Shown here: piece after piece, positions 1 to 7,972 of the stretch
Layout: every line of letters starts with the position of its first letter
How positions within the stretch are numbered: position 1 is the first letter of the stretch
DNA from: Bdellovibrionota bacterium
Lineage (GTDB): Bacteria; Bdellovibrionota; UBA2394
NCBI GenBank assembly: GCA_049436045.1
Contig: JBMTHG010000001.1
Span: 1 to 47,567 of the forward strand
Direction: 5' to 3'
DNA length: 47,567 nt
Notes under the pieces: model-generated
The model's database searches: none
Seen by the model: only the letters and a program-made list of their open reading frames with translations
What the model was told of the DNA's origin: nothing
Translations under genes and position numbers: made by a program

Positions 1-381
1 ATTCGGGGTCATTTGTTTCGTTCAATGGGCCCAAGCGTTTCGGCCCTCTTTAATTCAGATGGGCTTAGTTCGGGCTTAGATCTTCTTCGTGCTACAGCAG
101 ACAAGGTTCGCCTGGGGGGCAACAAGCAGATTATTCTAAACGTAGAGTATCTTTTTGATATTTTCAAAGAGGCGGGGATTAAGGGAGTTGTATTCTTTGA
201 TATGGGCAACACCTATGTGGAGAGTGACTACAAGCTTTGGAATACTCGAGAAAGCGCTGGGTTTGGATTTCGCTGGTTCTCACCTCTCGGGGCCCTAAGA
301 TTTGAGTGGGGAATTCCCTTAGACCGACGAGAAGGCGAAGACAGTATATTGTTTGACTTTTCTATCGGGGCTCCATTTTAG
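1..381 (+). CDS. bamA: BamA (outer membrane protein assembly factor), C-terminal fragment; 5' end lies outside the window
   Basis: The frame is open from nt 1. The beta-barrel C-terminus GFGFRWFSPLGALRFEWGIPL...FDFSIGAPF ends in Phe. It is followed by skp, the conserved bamA-skp order. Confidence 0.8.
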   Translation: MRGHLFRSMGPSVSALFNSDGLSSGLDLLRATADKVRLGGNKQIILNVEYLFDIFKEAGIKGVVFFDMGNTYVESDYKLWNTRESAGFGFRWFSPLGALRFEWGIPLDRREGEDSILFDFSIGAPF

Positions 382-418
382 TAGAAGCCTAGAGAGACTC
401 AAGAAAGGACTCATCCAC

Positions 419-991
419 ATGAAAAAGTTTGTATCAGTAATTTTTATGGCCTCAGTAGGCTTTTTGGGGGCCGATCAAGCCTTGTCAGCTCAAAATGCTG
501 AACAGGGAGTTCGCTTAGCCGTTGTTGATTTTCAGCAAGCTCTGAATGGTGTTGAAGAAGGTCGTGTCGCGAAAGACCGACTAAAAAAGGAATTTGAGTC
601 TCGTCAAAAAGAGATCGAAAAGCTCAAGGCGAATGTAGAGTCCCTGCAAGATAAGTTAGAGGGTTTTCAGCAGAAAGCTGCAAGTGGTCTTTTAAAGCCC
701 GAATCGATGGAGGAGGGGCGAAAGCTTGAGATGGAGTTTCGAACCAAGCTTGAGGCTTACACAAATTTGATTCAAAACAGTCAAAAAGAGATCAGTCAAA
801 AAGAAATGGAAGTGACGAGCGGCATTCTGAATCGACTTCGTGAGCTGGTGATTGATATCGGACGTCAAGATGGATTCAGCATGGTTCTTGAGAAGAACGA
901 GAGTGGCTTGCTCTATGCAGCAAGCTATACTGATTTGACCGAGCGTTTGATTCAGGAATTTAATAAAAAAAATAAAGCCAAAAAAAGGTAG
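419..991 (+). CDS. skp: Periplasmic chaperone Skp/OmpH family
   Basis: ATG 419 gives the signal peptide MKKFVSVIFMASVGFLGADQALSA. The mature protein is Lys/Glu/Gln-rich and coiled, and sits directly after bamA. The track start at 353 overlaps bamA and lacks a signal peptide. Confidence 0.75.
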   Translation: MKKFVSVIFMASVGFLGADQALSAQNAEQGVRLAVVDFQQALNGVEEGRVAKDRLKKEFESRQKEIEKLKANVESLQDKLEGFQQKAASGLLKPESMEEGRKLEMEFRTKLEAYTNLIQNSQKEISQKEMEVTSGILNRLRELVIDIGRQDGFSMVLEKNESGLLYAASYTDLTERLIQEFNKKNKAKKR

Positions 992-1013
992 TTAGATTTT
1001 TAAAGGAGTTTTT

Positions 1014-1130
1014 ATGGGACGAGGCGATAACCGAAAAACCAGAAAAGTTATTCAAAAAAGAAGTCAAAAGAGAAAAAAATCGAGACTCAAGATTGCTGCG
1101 GAGAAAGTCAGAGCGGCGCGAAAGGCCTAA
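1014..1130 (+). CDS. Small (38 aa) highly basic protein with a bTHX-like N-terminus; below the ORF-track length cutoff
   Basis: AAAGGAG lies 5 nt upstream of ATG 1014. The product is MGRGDNRKTRKVIQKRSQKRKKSRLKIAAEKVRAARKA. The MG[KR]GD..[KR]T[RK] start resembles ribosomal protein bTHX as I recall it (Thermus MGKGDRRTRRGK...). Confidence 0.5.
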   Translation: MGRGDNRKTRKVIQKRSQKRKKSRLKIAAEKVRAARKA

Positions 1131-1135
1131 AGTCT

Positions 1136-2119
1136 TTAAGGGCTCACCTCTGAAGACTGAGAGCTAGACTTTCTTTTTGATGCCGGTGCCTTTGGAATTT
1201 CCTGAAACATTTCAACCCGATTTCGGCCGCGCTCTTTGGCTTGATAAAGAGCCATGTCAGCGGCCTCGATAATGCTATCAGATGTTCTTCGGTCGCTCGA
1301 ATTGTAAGAGGCTAGGCCAATAGATAAGCTGAGATGCAGCAGCTGATTTTTGACATAGAACTTTTCTTCTGAGACTTTTTGTCGAATTCGATCGCATAAA
1401 CGCTCTGCATCTTGAGGCTGGGTATCTGGAAAAATAATCAAAAACTCATCTCCTGCATAACGACCCACAAAATCAACGGAGCGCGTTGTTTCCTTTAGAA
1501 TATCAGCAATTCTTTTGAGCGTGGCATCTCCTGCAGGATGTCCGTATTTGTCGTTAATCTGTTTGAAAAAATCGATATCAATCAAGCAAAGACAAAGCGG
1601 CTTCTTATAGCGTTCGGCGCGGCTGATCTCTGTTCCCAATTGGTTCATCAAAAACCGATAGTTATAAATGTCGGTCATTTCATCTGTGAATGTCAGCTTT
1701 TGAAGCTGATCATTTGCTTTTTGAAGTTCTTGAATCAAAAATCTATTGGTCTCAAGAAGCTCATGTTTCGAACGCGCTTCACGAATGACGTTCGGTAGGC
1801 GCTCAAGATAAACTAGCTGAGTGTCTTTGACTAAATAATCATATGCCCCAAGCTTGATGGCATCGCTGGCTATAATTTCATTTCCGTGTCCGGTCATAAA
1901 AATGACTGGCGTTCGAATCTCCATCTCTTTCATTTTTTTCAAGACATCAATGCCTGAAGCTCTCGGCATACTAAAATCAAGCAGAATGAAATCAAAATGA
2001 TGAAAGCTCTCTCTGGGCGTAGGATCATCGGTGATCTCAATCTTCCAGCCCTCTTGCTCTAAGCGACACGCGGCGAGTTCTGCGTGATGAGCGTTATCGT
2101 CAATGATTAAAATTTTCAT
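1136..2119 (-). CDS. Response regulator with GGDEF (diguanylate cyclase) output, PleD/WspR-like; the active-site motif reads AGDEF
   Basis: REC residues are DD8-9, D48 (LLDFSMP), T76 and K98, followed by a coiled linker. The GGDEF domain has DIDFFKQINDKYGH, an RSVD I-site five residues before AGDEF, and YQAKERGRN. Its start overlaps the kinase stop by 1 nt. Confidence 0.85.
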   Translation of the reverse strand: MKILIIDDNAHHAELAACRLEQEGWKIEITDDPTPRESFHHFDFILLDFSMPRASGIDVLKKMKEMEIRTPVIFMTGHGNEIIASDAIKLGAYDYLVKDTQLVYLERLPNVIREARSKHELLETNRFLIQELQKANDQLQKLTFTDEMTDIYNYRFLMNQLGTEISRAERYKKPLCLCLIDIDFFKQINDKYGHPAGDATLKRIADILKETTRSVDFVGRYAGDEFLIIFPDTQPQDAERLCDRIRQKVSEEKFYVKNQLLHLSLSIGLASYNSSDRRTSDSIIEAADMALYQAKERGRNRVEMFQEIPKAPASKRKSSSQSSEVSP

Positions 2120-2952
2120 TACCGCTTCTCCCTCGGAAGAAACACGGTGAATGTTGTTCCTTTGCCCATTTGACTTCTCACGCCAATTCGACCACCAAAT
2201 GATTCAGCGATTCGCTTCACAATCGTGAGTCCGATTCCAAGGCCATCGGTGGGGCTCTCTTCAATTCGAGTAAAAGGTGCAAAAATTTTCTCGAGATTTC
2301 TCTTATCAATGCCGATGCCGTTGTCATTGATAGAGATGCGATGCCACTGGCTGTCTTTGCGATGCTTTATGATGATGACAGGATCTGCATCTTTTCGATG
2401 ATACTTCAGTGAGTTTGCGATCAGATTTAAAAAAACTTGATATAGACGAACGGCATCTCCGCGAAGAATAACATCTTCTTTGGGCAGGATAACTTTGCCC
2501 CGATTGCGTTTGATTTGCTCTGATAAAGCGAGTGTTACACTTTCTAAAATTTGAAGAAGACTTAAATCCGCAAGCTCGCTTGGATCTTGATAGAGCTTTG
2601 CAATCGATTGCAAAGAGCCGATTAAAAGATGGAGGCTGCCCACCGCTTCTCGAGAAATTTTGACATAGCGTTTTTGATCTTTCGTAAGAGGAGAGCTCTG
2701 CTCAAGAATTTTTGTGAAGCCTTCGAGAGTGAGTAGGGGTTCCTTCAGATCATGAGCTAACATATTAAACATCATCTTCCATTCTTTATCGCGCTGTTGC
2801 AGGCGATGAAGTTCTGACTTCAATTGAAAGACGAGTTTCGAGGGCGCCAAGGCTTTGCTCGGCGAGTTTTCGCGAGCACCCAAAGGGAGACGAACTTGAT
2901 GGTCTGATTTTTGCGGACTTCTTTTCGAAGCCTTTTGTCTGTTGTTTGTCAA
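2119..2952 (-). CDS. Soluble histidine kinase (HisKA + HATPase_c) with no TM segment or recognisable sensor domain
   Basis: H-box MLAHDLKEPL, N-box LNLIANSLKY, G1 DNGIGI and G2 GLGIGL are present. The TTG start at 2952 is preceded by AGGGA 7 nt upstream. Confidence 0.85.
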   Translation of the reverse strand: MTNNRQKASKRSPQKSDHQVRLPLGARENSPSKALAPSKLVFQLKSELHRLQQRDKEWKMMFNMLAHDLKEPLLTLEGFTKILEQSSPLTKDQKRYVKISREAVGSLHLLIGSLQSIAKLYQDPSELADLSLLQILESVTLALSEQIKRNRGKVILPKEDVILRGDAVRLYQVFLNLIANSLKYHRKDADPVIIIKHRKDSQWHRISINDNGIGIDKRNLEKIFAPFTRIEESPTDGLGIGLTIVKRIAESFGGRIGVRSQMGKGTTFTVFLPREKR

Positions 2953-3203
2953 AATTCTGTCCCTTTTTCCCCTTGATTGACTCTCTGCAAAAACGACCTG
3001 ATTCTATGGCGGCTTTGAGTTTCTGTCAAAAGCCCCCCAAAAATCCAAAAATCTTCAGTATGTAAAATAAGTTACACCACACCGCACTGTAACATTTGTT
3101 ACTCTCAATCACAAAAATTATTCGTCCTCTTTCAGAAGTGTCAAAGTTCTGATAGCCTAAGATCTGTCATTTATTTGACTTACTCGGGGGGAGGATCAGG
3201 TTT

Positions 3204-4352
3204 ATGAATCAAAAAGGCGAGGCCGAGGCGGCCTCCGAAAAGCAGCCAAATTTATCAGAGAATCAGGCTCAGAACCCGTGGAGCGAATCGGCTCTGCGAG
3301 CGGCTTCTGGCGAGGCGGGCGAGGCTTTAAAACAACAAGAGCGATTGATGGCTCGGGCAAAGCTAACACCCAATTTTCCATTCGTGGGCAAAAGTGTGGC
3401 TGTGGTGAAGGTTTTCGAACTGATCGAAAGAGTGGCGAATACAGACTCAACGGTTTTGATTTTAGGAGAGAGCGGCACTGGAAAAGAGCTGGTAGCGCGT
3501 GCCCTTCATGAGCAAAGTGAGCGCAAAACAAAATCTTTTGTTCCTGTAAACTGCGGAGCTATTCCATCTGAACTTTTAGAAAGTGAGCTTTTTGGTCATG
3601 TCAAAGGAGCGTTCACGGGAGCTCATAGTTCTCGTATGGGGCGATTTAGTTTGGCTCATCAGGGAACCCTCTTTTTAGATGAGATCGGAACAATGCCGGC
3701 AAGTCTTCAAGTGAAGATTTTAAGGGCTTTGCAAGAGAAAGAGTTTGAGCCAGTCGGCGGTGCTAAGACTTTGAAGTCTGATTGTCGGGTGATTGCGGCA
3801 ACAAATAATGATTTAGAAAAAGAAGTGGCTGCTGGAAACTTTCGAGAAGATCTATTCTATCGCTTAAATGTCATTCCGATTTCCTTGCCGGCCCTTCGCG
3901 ATCGACGCGAAGATATTCCACTTTTGGTCGAGCACTTTATTGATCAATTAAATTCAAAGAAGTCTTACCAGATTGACGGCCTTTCAAAAGAAGCCATGGA
4001 TGCCTTGATTCGCTATCCGTGGCCAGGAAATGTTCGAGAGCTTGAAAACATCTGTCAGCGCCTTTGTATCCTCAAGGGTAGCGGAAGAATCGAACTCACC
4101 GATTTGCCGCCAAAAATTCTCGAATCCAAGAGCGCTGTTCCTGGAGCTTCTCCATGGGGCTCTTGGATGGCTCAGGGTTTTCCCGAAGGCGGCGTGCATT
4201 TCGACCAGCTTGTGGAAAGTTTCGAAAATGAGCTGATATTAAAGGCTCTAGAGACCACGCGATGGAACAAGAATCGGGCGGCTCAGCTTCTCAACATGAA
4301 TCGAACGACCTTGGTCGAGAAGATTAAGAAGCGAAACTTAGCGCAGAGCTAG
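3204..4352 (+). CDS. Sigma-54-dependent transcriptional activator (bacterial enhancer-binding protein): AAA+ domain plus Fis-type HTH, with no receiver, GAF or PAS domain
   Basis: Walker [16 protein letters not shown], the GAFTGA loop, Walker B LFLDEIG, and the C-terminal [25 protein letters not shown] are all present. Only about 65 low-complexity residues precede the AAA+ core. GGAGGA lies upstream of the ATG. Confidence 0.9.
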   Translation: MNQKGEAEAASEKQPNLSENQAQNPWSESALRAASGEAGEALKQQERLMARAKLTPNFPFVGKSVAVVKVFELIERVANTDSTVLILGESGTGKELVARALHEQSERKTKSFVPVNCGAIPSELLESELFGHVKGAFTGAHSSRMGRFSLAHQGTLFLDEIGTMPASLQVKILRALQEKEFEPVGGAKTLKSDCRVIAATNNDLEKEVAAGNFREDLFYRLNVIPISLPALRDRREDIPLLVEHFIDQLNSKKSYQIDGLSKEAMDALIRYPWPGNVRELENICQRLCILKGSGRIELTDLPPKILESKSAVPGASPWGSWMAQGFPEGGVHFDQLVESFENELILKALETTRWNKNRAAQLLNMNRTTLVEKIKKRNLAQS

Positions 4353-4369
4353 AAATTCTTGTAAGCTGC

Positions 4370-4393
4370 GGCAGGAGTGGTTAGGCTCCTGCC
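4370..4393 (+). promoter_or_regulatory. Perfect 8-bp stem-loop (GGCAGGAG-N8-CTCCTGCC) abutting the dcd start codon
   Basis: Read directly from the sequence. The 5' arm contains AGGAG and the 3' arm ends 1 nt before ATG 4394. No U-tract follows it. Confidence 0.4.
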
Positions 4394-4948
4394 ATGACTA
4401 TCAAAAACGACCAATGGATTACGAAAATGTCGCGCGAACATGGCATGATTGAGCCTTTCGAAGAGCGGCAAGTGCGCGAGTCAATGATCTCTTATGGAGT
4501 TTCCTCGTATGGTTATGACATGAGGGTTTCGGATGAATATAAAATTTTCACAAATGTAAACAGCACCGTGGTTGATCCCAAATCATTCGATGCTTCAAAT
4601 TTTGTGGAAGTGAGATCCGATGTTGTTCTTGTTCCCCCCAATTCCTTCGCCCTAGCGCGAAGCATCGAGTATTTTCGAATCCCTCGAAATGTTTTAGCGG
4701 TTTGTCTCGGCAAGTCGACCTATGCTCGATGTGGAATTATTTGTAATGTGACCCCCTTTGAGCCTGAGTGGGAAGGGCATGTGACGATCGAAATTTCAAA
4801 TACGACTCCTCTGCCGGCAAAAATTTATTCGAATGAGGGCATTTGTCAGGTGCTATTTTTTGAGTCTTCAGAGCCTTGCCGCGTCAGTTATAAAGATCGA
4901 AAAGGAAAGTATCAGGGACAAACAGGTATCACTTTGCCTAGAATGTAA
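4394..4948 (+). CDS. dcd: dCTP deaminase
   Basis: The 184-aa product has the typical Dcd N-terminus (...DQWI...GMIEPF) and the motifs SYGYDMRV and [16 protein letters not shown]. Confidence 0.85.
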   Translation: MTIKNDQWITKMSREHGMIEPFEERQVRESMISYGVSSYGYDMRVSDEYKIFTNVNSTVVDPKSFDASNFVEVRSDVVLVPPNSFALARSIEYFRIPRNVLAVCLGKSTYARCGIICNVTPFEPEWEGHVTIEISNTTPLPAKIYSNEGICQVLFFESSEPCRVSYKDRKGKYQGQTGITLPRM

Positions 4949-4951
4949 GTG

Positions 4952-5791
4952 ATGTATGCCGACCTTCATTTTCACAGCACCTGCTCGGATGGTAAACATT
5001 CGGTAGCCTGGCTTGTAGACGAACTAAACTCGCGACCGAATTTGGGTTTAGCCGTTTTGACGGATCATGATGGAGTTGATGGCTTTGAGGAGTTCTCAAA
5101 AGCTTTAGATTCCCGAATCAAAACTCTTCGAGCTTGCGAACTATCTTGCTATTTTCAGCGAAATGAAAATCTAGATCAAGAGCTGCATCTTTTGGTGTAT
5201 GGCATTGCCAAAGAAGATCATTATTTGAATTCAATTTTTGAAAAGTTTCGCCATTCAAGAAAAGATCGTTTTTTGGAGATTTGCCGTCGGCTAGAAATGG
5301 CTGGCTTTAGAGTGGATGCCGAAGGCTTCATCAAAAATCATCCTGGTCGATTGGGGCGACCGCACGTCGCAGATGCTTTGATTCAGGCGGGCCATGTTCG
5401 AACTCGCCGAGAAGCCTTTGATCGATTTTTACATGCAGGCAGTTCTTATCTGGTGGAGAAATGGCGGCTTGATATTGAAGATGTGATCACTCATTGCAAA
5501 AGCAAAAACTATATGACCTCGATCGCACATCCAGGAATCTACGGATTGCAAAGAGAAGATTTTTTAAAGCTAAAAAAAATGGGTTTGACGGCAATCGAAG
5601 TGTTTCATCCCAAGCACTCTCAGAGCGATCACCAGAAATATTTGGAGATTGCCAAAGATTTAAATCTCAAAATCAGTGGCGGCAGTGATTTTCATGATTC
5701 TGAATTTGATAAAAAGGAAGGGCAAGCGAGTTTAGGACGAACCCAATATTCTTTGGAAATGGCAGAGAATTTTTTGGGGCCGGTTTTGTGA
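4952..5791 (+). CDS. PHP-domain phosphoesterase (TrpH/YciV-like)
   Basis: The N-terminal DLHFHSTCSDG motif and later LTDHDG, AHPG and GGSDFH metal-ligand motifs are present. A GTG at 4949 is an alternative start. Confidence 0.75.
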   Translation: MYADLHFHSTCSDGKHSVAWLVDELNSRPNLGLAVLTDHDGVDGFEEFSKALDSRIKTLRACELSCYFQRNENLDQELHLLVYGIAKEDHYLNSIFEKFRHSRKDRFLEICRRLEMAGFRVDAEGFIKNHPGRLGRPHVADALIQAGHVRTRREAFDRFLHAGSSYLVEKWRLDIEDVITHCKSKNYMTSIAHPGIYGLQREDFLKLKKMGLTAIEVFHPKHSQSDHQKYLEIAKDLNLKISGGSDFHDSEFDKKEGQASLGRTQYSLEMAENFLGPVL

Positions 5792-5798
5792 GGCGGTG

Positions 5799-6092
5799 AT
5801 GGATTACGATCGCGAACTTTTCGGAGAGATTACAAAGTTTGTTGAGATTGAGATCAAGGGCCGCCAATATCAAGTGCCTGATCAACTAGAGCTGCTTCGA
5901 GTTTTTCAATTTCTAAACTTCAGCATCGATTACGCGAGACTCTGCTGGAATGCGAGCTGTCAACGTTGCTTTATTGAGTACGAGAAGAAGTCAAAAAGCT
6001 TTAAGGCTCTGAGCTGTCGAACAAAATCATTTGAGGCTATGAAAATTACTCAGCTTCCTGATGCGATTCGCGAGGGGCCACCTGCTGTTTAG
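5799..6092 (+). CDS. Small 4-Cys protein, possibly 2Fe-2S ferredoxin-like (NuoG N-terminal/Fer2_4-like pattern)
   Basis: GAGG lies 5 nt before ATG 5799. The pattern IEIKGRQYQVP...LCWNASCQRCFIEY...ALSCRTKSFEAMKITQLP resembles C-x4-C-x2-C...SC-x-T. The 3' end overlaps the convergent ORF. Confidence 0.4.
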   Translation: MDYDRELFGEITKFVEIEIKGRQYQVPDQLELLRVFQFLNFSIDYARLCWNASCQRCFIEYEKKSKSFKALSCRTKSFEAMKITQLPDAIREGPPAV

Positions 6093-6531
6093 AAATCTTC
6101 CAATTCACAACCGCCCAAAGAAATAGATTGCCCATGAAAAGTGCGACCACGGCAAAACCAAACATCGAGTGAAGAAATGGAAATCTCCCCGCCGTGGCGG
6201 TGCTGCCTGATAAGAGTCCCATCAATAGCAAAAGAATAAGGCCAAATGAAGCGGCATGCGCGATTTTCATTTCTTTAGGCGGGGTCAGCCTGGCTTTTGG
6301 ATCTCTCAATAAAATTGATTTTAAAATTTGATCCTGTCTCTTTTGCGTTAAAAAAATGAGGGCGGCAGAAGAGATGATTCCTAAGGCCACCATAAAAATC
6401 GCACGTATCAAATGCCACTGAGCAAGTTGAGAGCTGTGCTCGGCCAGTGCAAGCCCCGACAAGATGTTTCCAACCGATAGAAGAAACGAGAAGAGCAGCA
6501 GCACCCAAAAAAAAGTAATCTTAATTTTCAT
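6046..6531 (-). CDS. Four-TM membrane protein with a His at or near the start of each of TM2-4; last gene of the ccm operon
   Basis: Its ATG overlaps the ccmD stop (ATGA at 6528-6531). There are four hydrophobic segments, with HLIRAIF, IAHAASF and LHSMFGF at helix starts. Confidence 0.6.
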   Translation of the reverse strand: MKIKITFFWVLLLFSFLLSVGNILSGLALAEHSSQLAQWHLIRAIFMVALGIISSAALIFLTQKRQDQILKSILLRDPKARLTPPKEMKIAHAASFGLILLLLMGLLSGSTATAGRFPFLHSMFGFAVVALFMGNLFLWAVVNWKISKQQVAPRESHQEAE

Positions 6532-6671
6532 TTTTCTTGTTTGTCTTCATTCCAAGAATTCAATCGCGATTCAAGCTTTTGAATTTTCCATATGGCAAAG
6601 GCAATCGAGGCAAAAATTATAAGCCATAGAAACAAATAGCCCCAAACAAATGAATCAAAAGTATCCGTCAT
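6528..6671 (-). CDS. ccmD: Heme exporter protein D (47 aa), not in the ORF track
   Basis: The product is MTDTFDSFVWGYLFLWLIIFASIAFAIWKIQKLESRLNSWNEDKQEK: a single TM followed by a charged tail. The ATG lies 2 nt after the ccmC stop, the standard ccmC-ccmD position. Confidence 0.65.
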   Translation of the reverse strand: MTDTFDSFVWGYLFLWLIIFASIAFAIWKIQKLESRLNSWNEDKQEK

Positions 6672-6672
6672 G

Positions 6673-7338
6673 TTAAAACTCTCCCTCTAACTGTTGAGCT
6701 CGATCGTTTAAATGAATCAGCTTAAAAGAAACAAACACTAAAAGAGCTGCGAGAAGAAAAAAGCTCAAAACCATCATCTCCAAGCCCGTTCGATAGCTAT
6801 CAGGCAAGCCCTCTGGATTGCTTAAGACGGAGGGATGAAGGCCTCGCAAAAGCTTCGCGCTGAGATGAACTAGAGGAATGTCAACGACTGCAAAAATCGA
6901 AATCACAGCACCGATTCGCGCGGCCTTTTGGGGGGAGCTTTCATGAAAAAGTTTGCGAACGACGACGTAAGCGATCAGTAAAACAAATAATATCAAACTT
7001 GTCGTGAGTCTTGGATCCCACGTCCAGTACACGCCCCAAATTGGCTTCGCCCAGATCGGTCCAGAGATCATCACCAAGGCTCCAAAAAGACAGGCGATGT
7101 AGAGATTCGCTCGGGCAAGCTGATCATAGAAATTCTTTTTTAAAAACAAATAGAGAATCGAAAATATCATTCCGACGACAGCCAAGAGATACATCGCAAA
7201 GGCGCTTGGAACGTGAAAGAAGAAAATTTTTTGCACGAAGCCCTGTGTTTGTTCGGGTGGAAGCGAAAAGAGCACGTAAAAAAGAGAAGGCATAAAAACA
7301 CACAAGCAAAAGCCAAACAGAAACCAAATCATCTTCAT
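6673..7338 (-). CDS. ccmC: Heme exporter protein C
   Basis: The Trp-rich WWD motif WGVYWTWDPRLTTS is present in a protein with about 6 TM helices, placed after ccmB. Confidence 0.85.
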   Translation of the reverse strand: MKMIWFLFGFCLCVFMPSLFYVLFSLPPEQTQGFVQKIFFFHVPSAFAMYLLAVVGMIFSILYLFLKKNFYDQLARANLYIACLFGALVMISGPIWAKPIWGVYWTWDPRLTTSLILFVLLIAYVVVRKLFHESSPQKAARIGAVISIFAVVDIPLVHLSAKLLRGLHPSVLSNPEGLPDSYRTGLEMMVLSFFLLAALLVFVSFKLIHLNDRAQQLEGEF

Positions 7339-7345
7339 GAGCTTA

Positions 7346-7972
7346 TTAAACCTCCGTCAATTCGTCGAAGAAAAACTCGAATAGAAAAAAACTTAAAAAT
7401 CCCCCTATCAGTGCAAAAATGCCAAGAATGTAGAGCCAGAAAGACGAATCACCCAGGCTTAGGCTGTGAGCGCCAATGATGACCGGACTCGCAAAAGGCA
7501 AATAAAAAAGTGGAAATAGAATCTCTCGCTCTTTTTGAAGAAGAAGTCCGATAAAGCTCGCTGTGGGAGCTAGCGTTAAAGCGACAATGAGCAAAATTGT
7601 TAAGAGACTTGAGAGATTTAGATCTTTGGGCGACCACCACATATTGGCAAATAAAACATAGATCAATCCCAAGAAAAAAAACGAAAGCACTTGAACGAGA
7701 CTTTGAGATAACAAAATCTTCCACGGCCTAACTTTAAGAGCAGTGTAGACTCCAAAGTTTCGATTTTCTGATTCAAAGCCAAAGCTTCGATAAAAAATGG
7801 CGGTCGAGGCAAAAAATAGACTGAACCAAAAAGCCGTTCTCCAACTTACGAATTGATCAGGCTCTGTTTGGTTTGAGATCGCTAAGATTAAAAAAAGAGG
7901 AAGTCCCAAAAGCAGACCCGCCCAAAAACTTCTTTTGGCGTTACGAACATCTTTTTGAAAAAGACCCATCAT
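7346..7972 (-). CDS. ccmB: Heme exporter permease CcmB-like
   Basis: A 208-aa polytopic membrane protein lying between ccmA and ccmC. Its start overlaps the ccmA stop by 4 nt. Confidence 0.6.
   Translation of the reverse strand: MMGLFQKDVRNAKRSFWAGLLLGLPLFLILAISNQTEPDQFVSWRTAFWFSLFFASTAIFYRSFGFESENRNFGVYTALKVRPWKILLSQSLVQVLSFFFLGLIYVLFANMWWSPKDLNLSSLLTILLIVALTLAPTASFIGLLLQKEREILFPLFYLPFASPVIIGAHSLSLGDSSFWLYILGIFALIGGFLSFFLFEFFFDELTEV

Noticed and set aside
353-418. N-terminal extensions implied by track ORF starts: skp 353, ccmA 8559, the CcmI-like ORF 9956, ccmE 12399, the membrane protein 41037 and the TonB-dependent receptor 23943.
   Set aside because: The extended starts overlap neighbouring genes or promoters, use TTG/GTG without an SD, or destroy signal peptides. 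Internal starts with an RBS or signal peptide were preferred.
2987-3000. A sigma-54-like GG...TTGCA on the minus strand upstream of the kinase operon (caGGtcgtttTTGCA).
   Set aside because: The GG and GC elements are 2 nt too close for a functional -24/-12 promoter.
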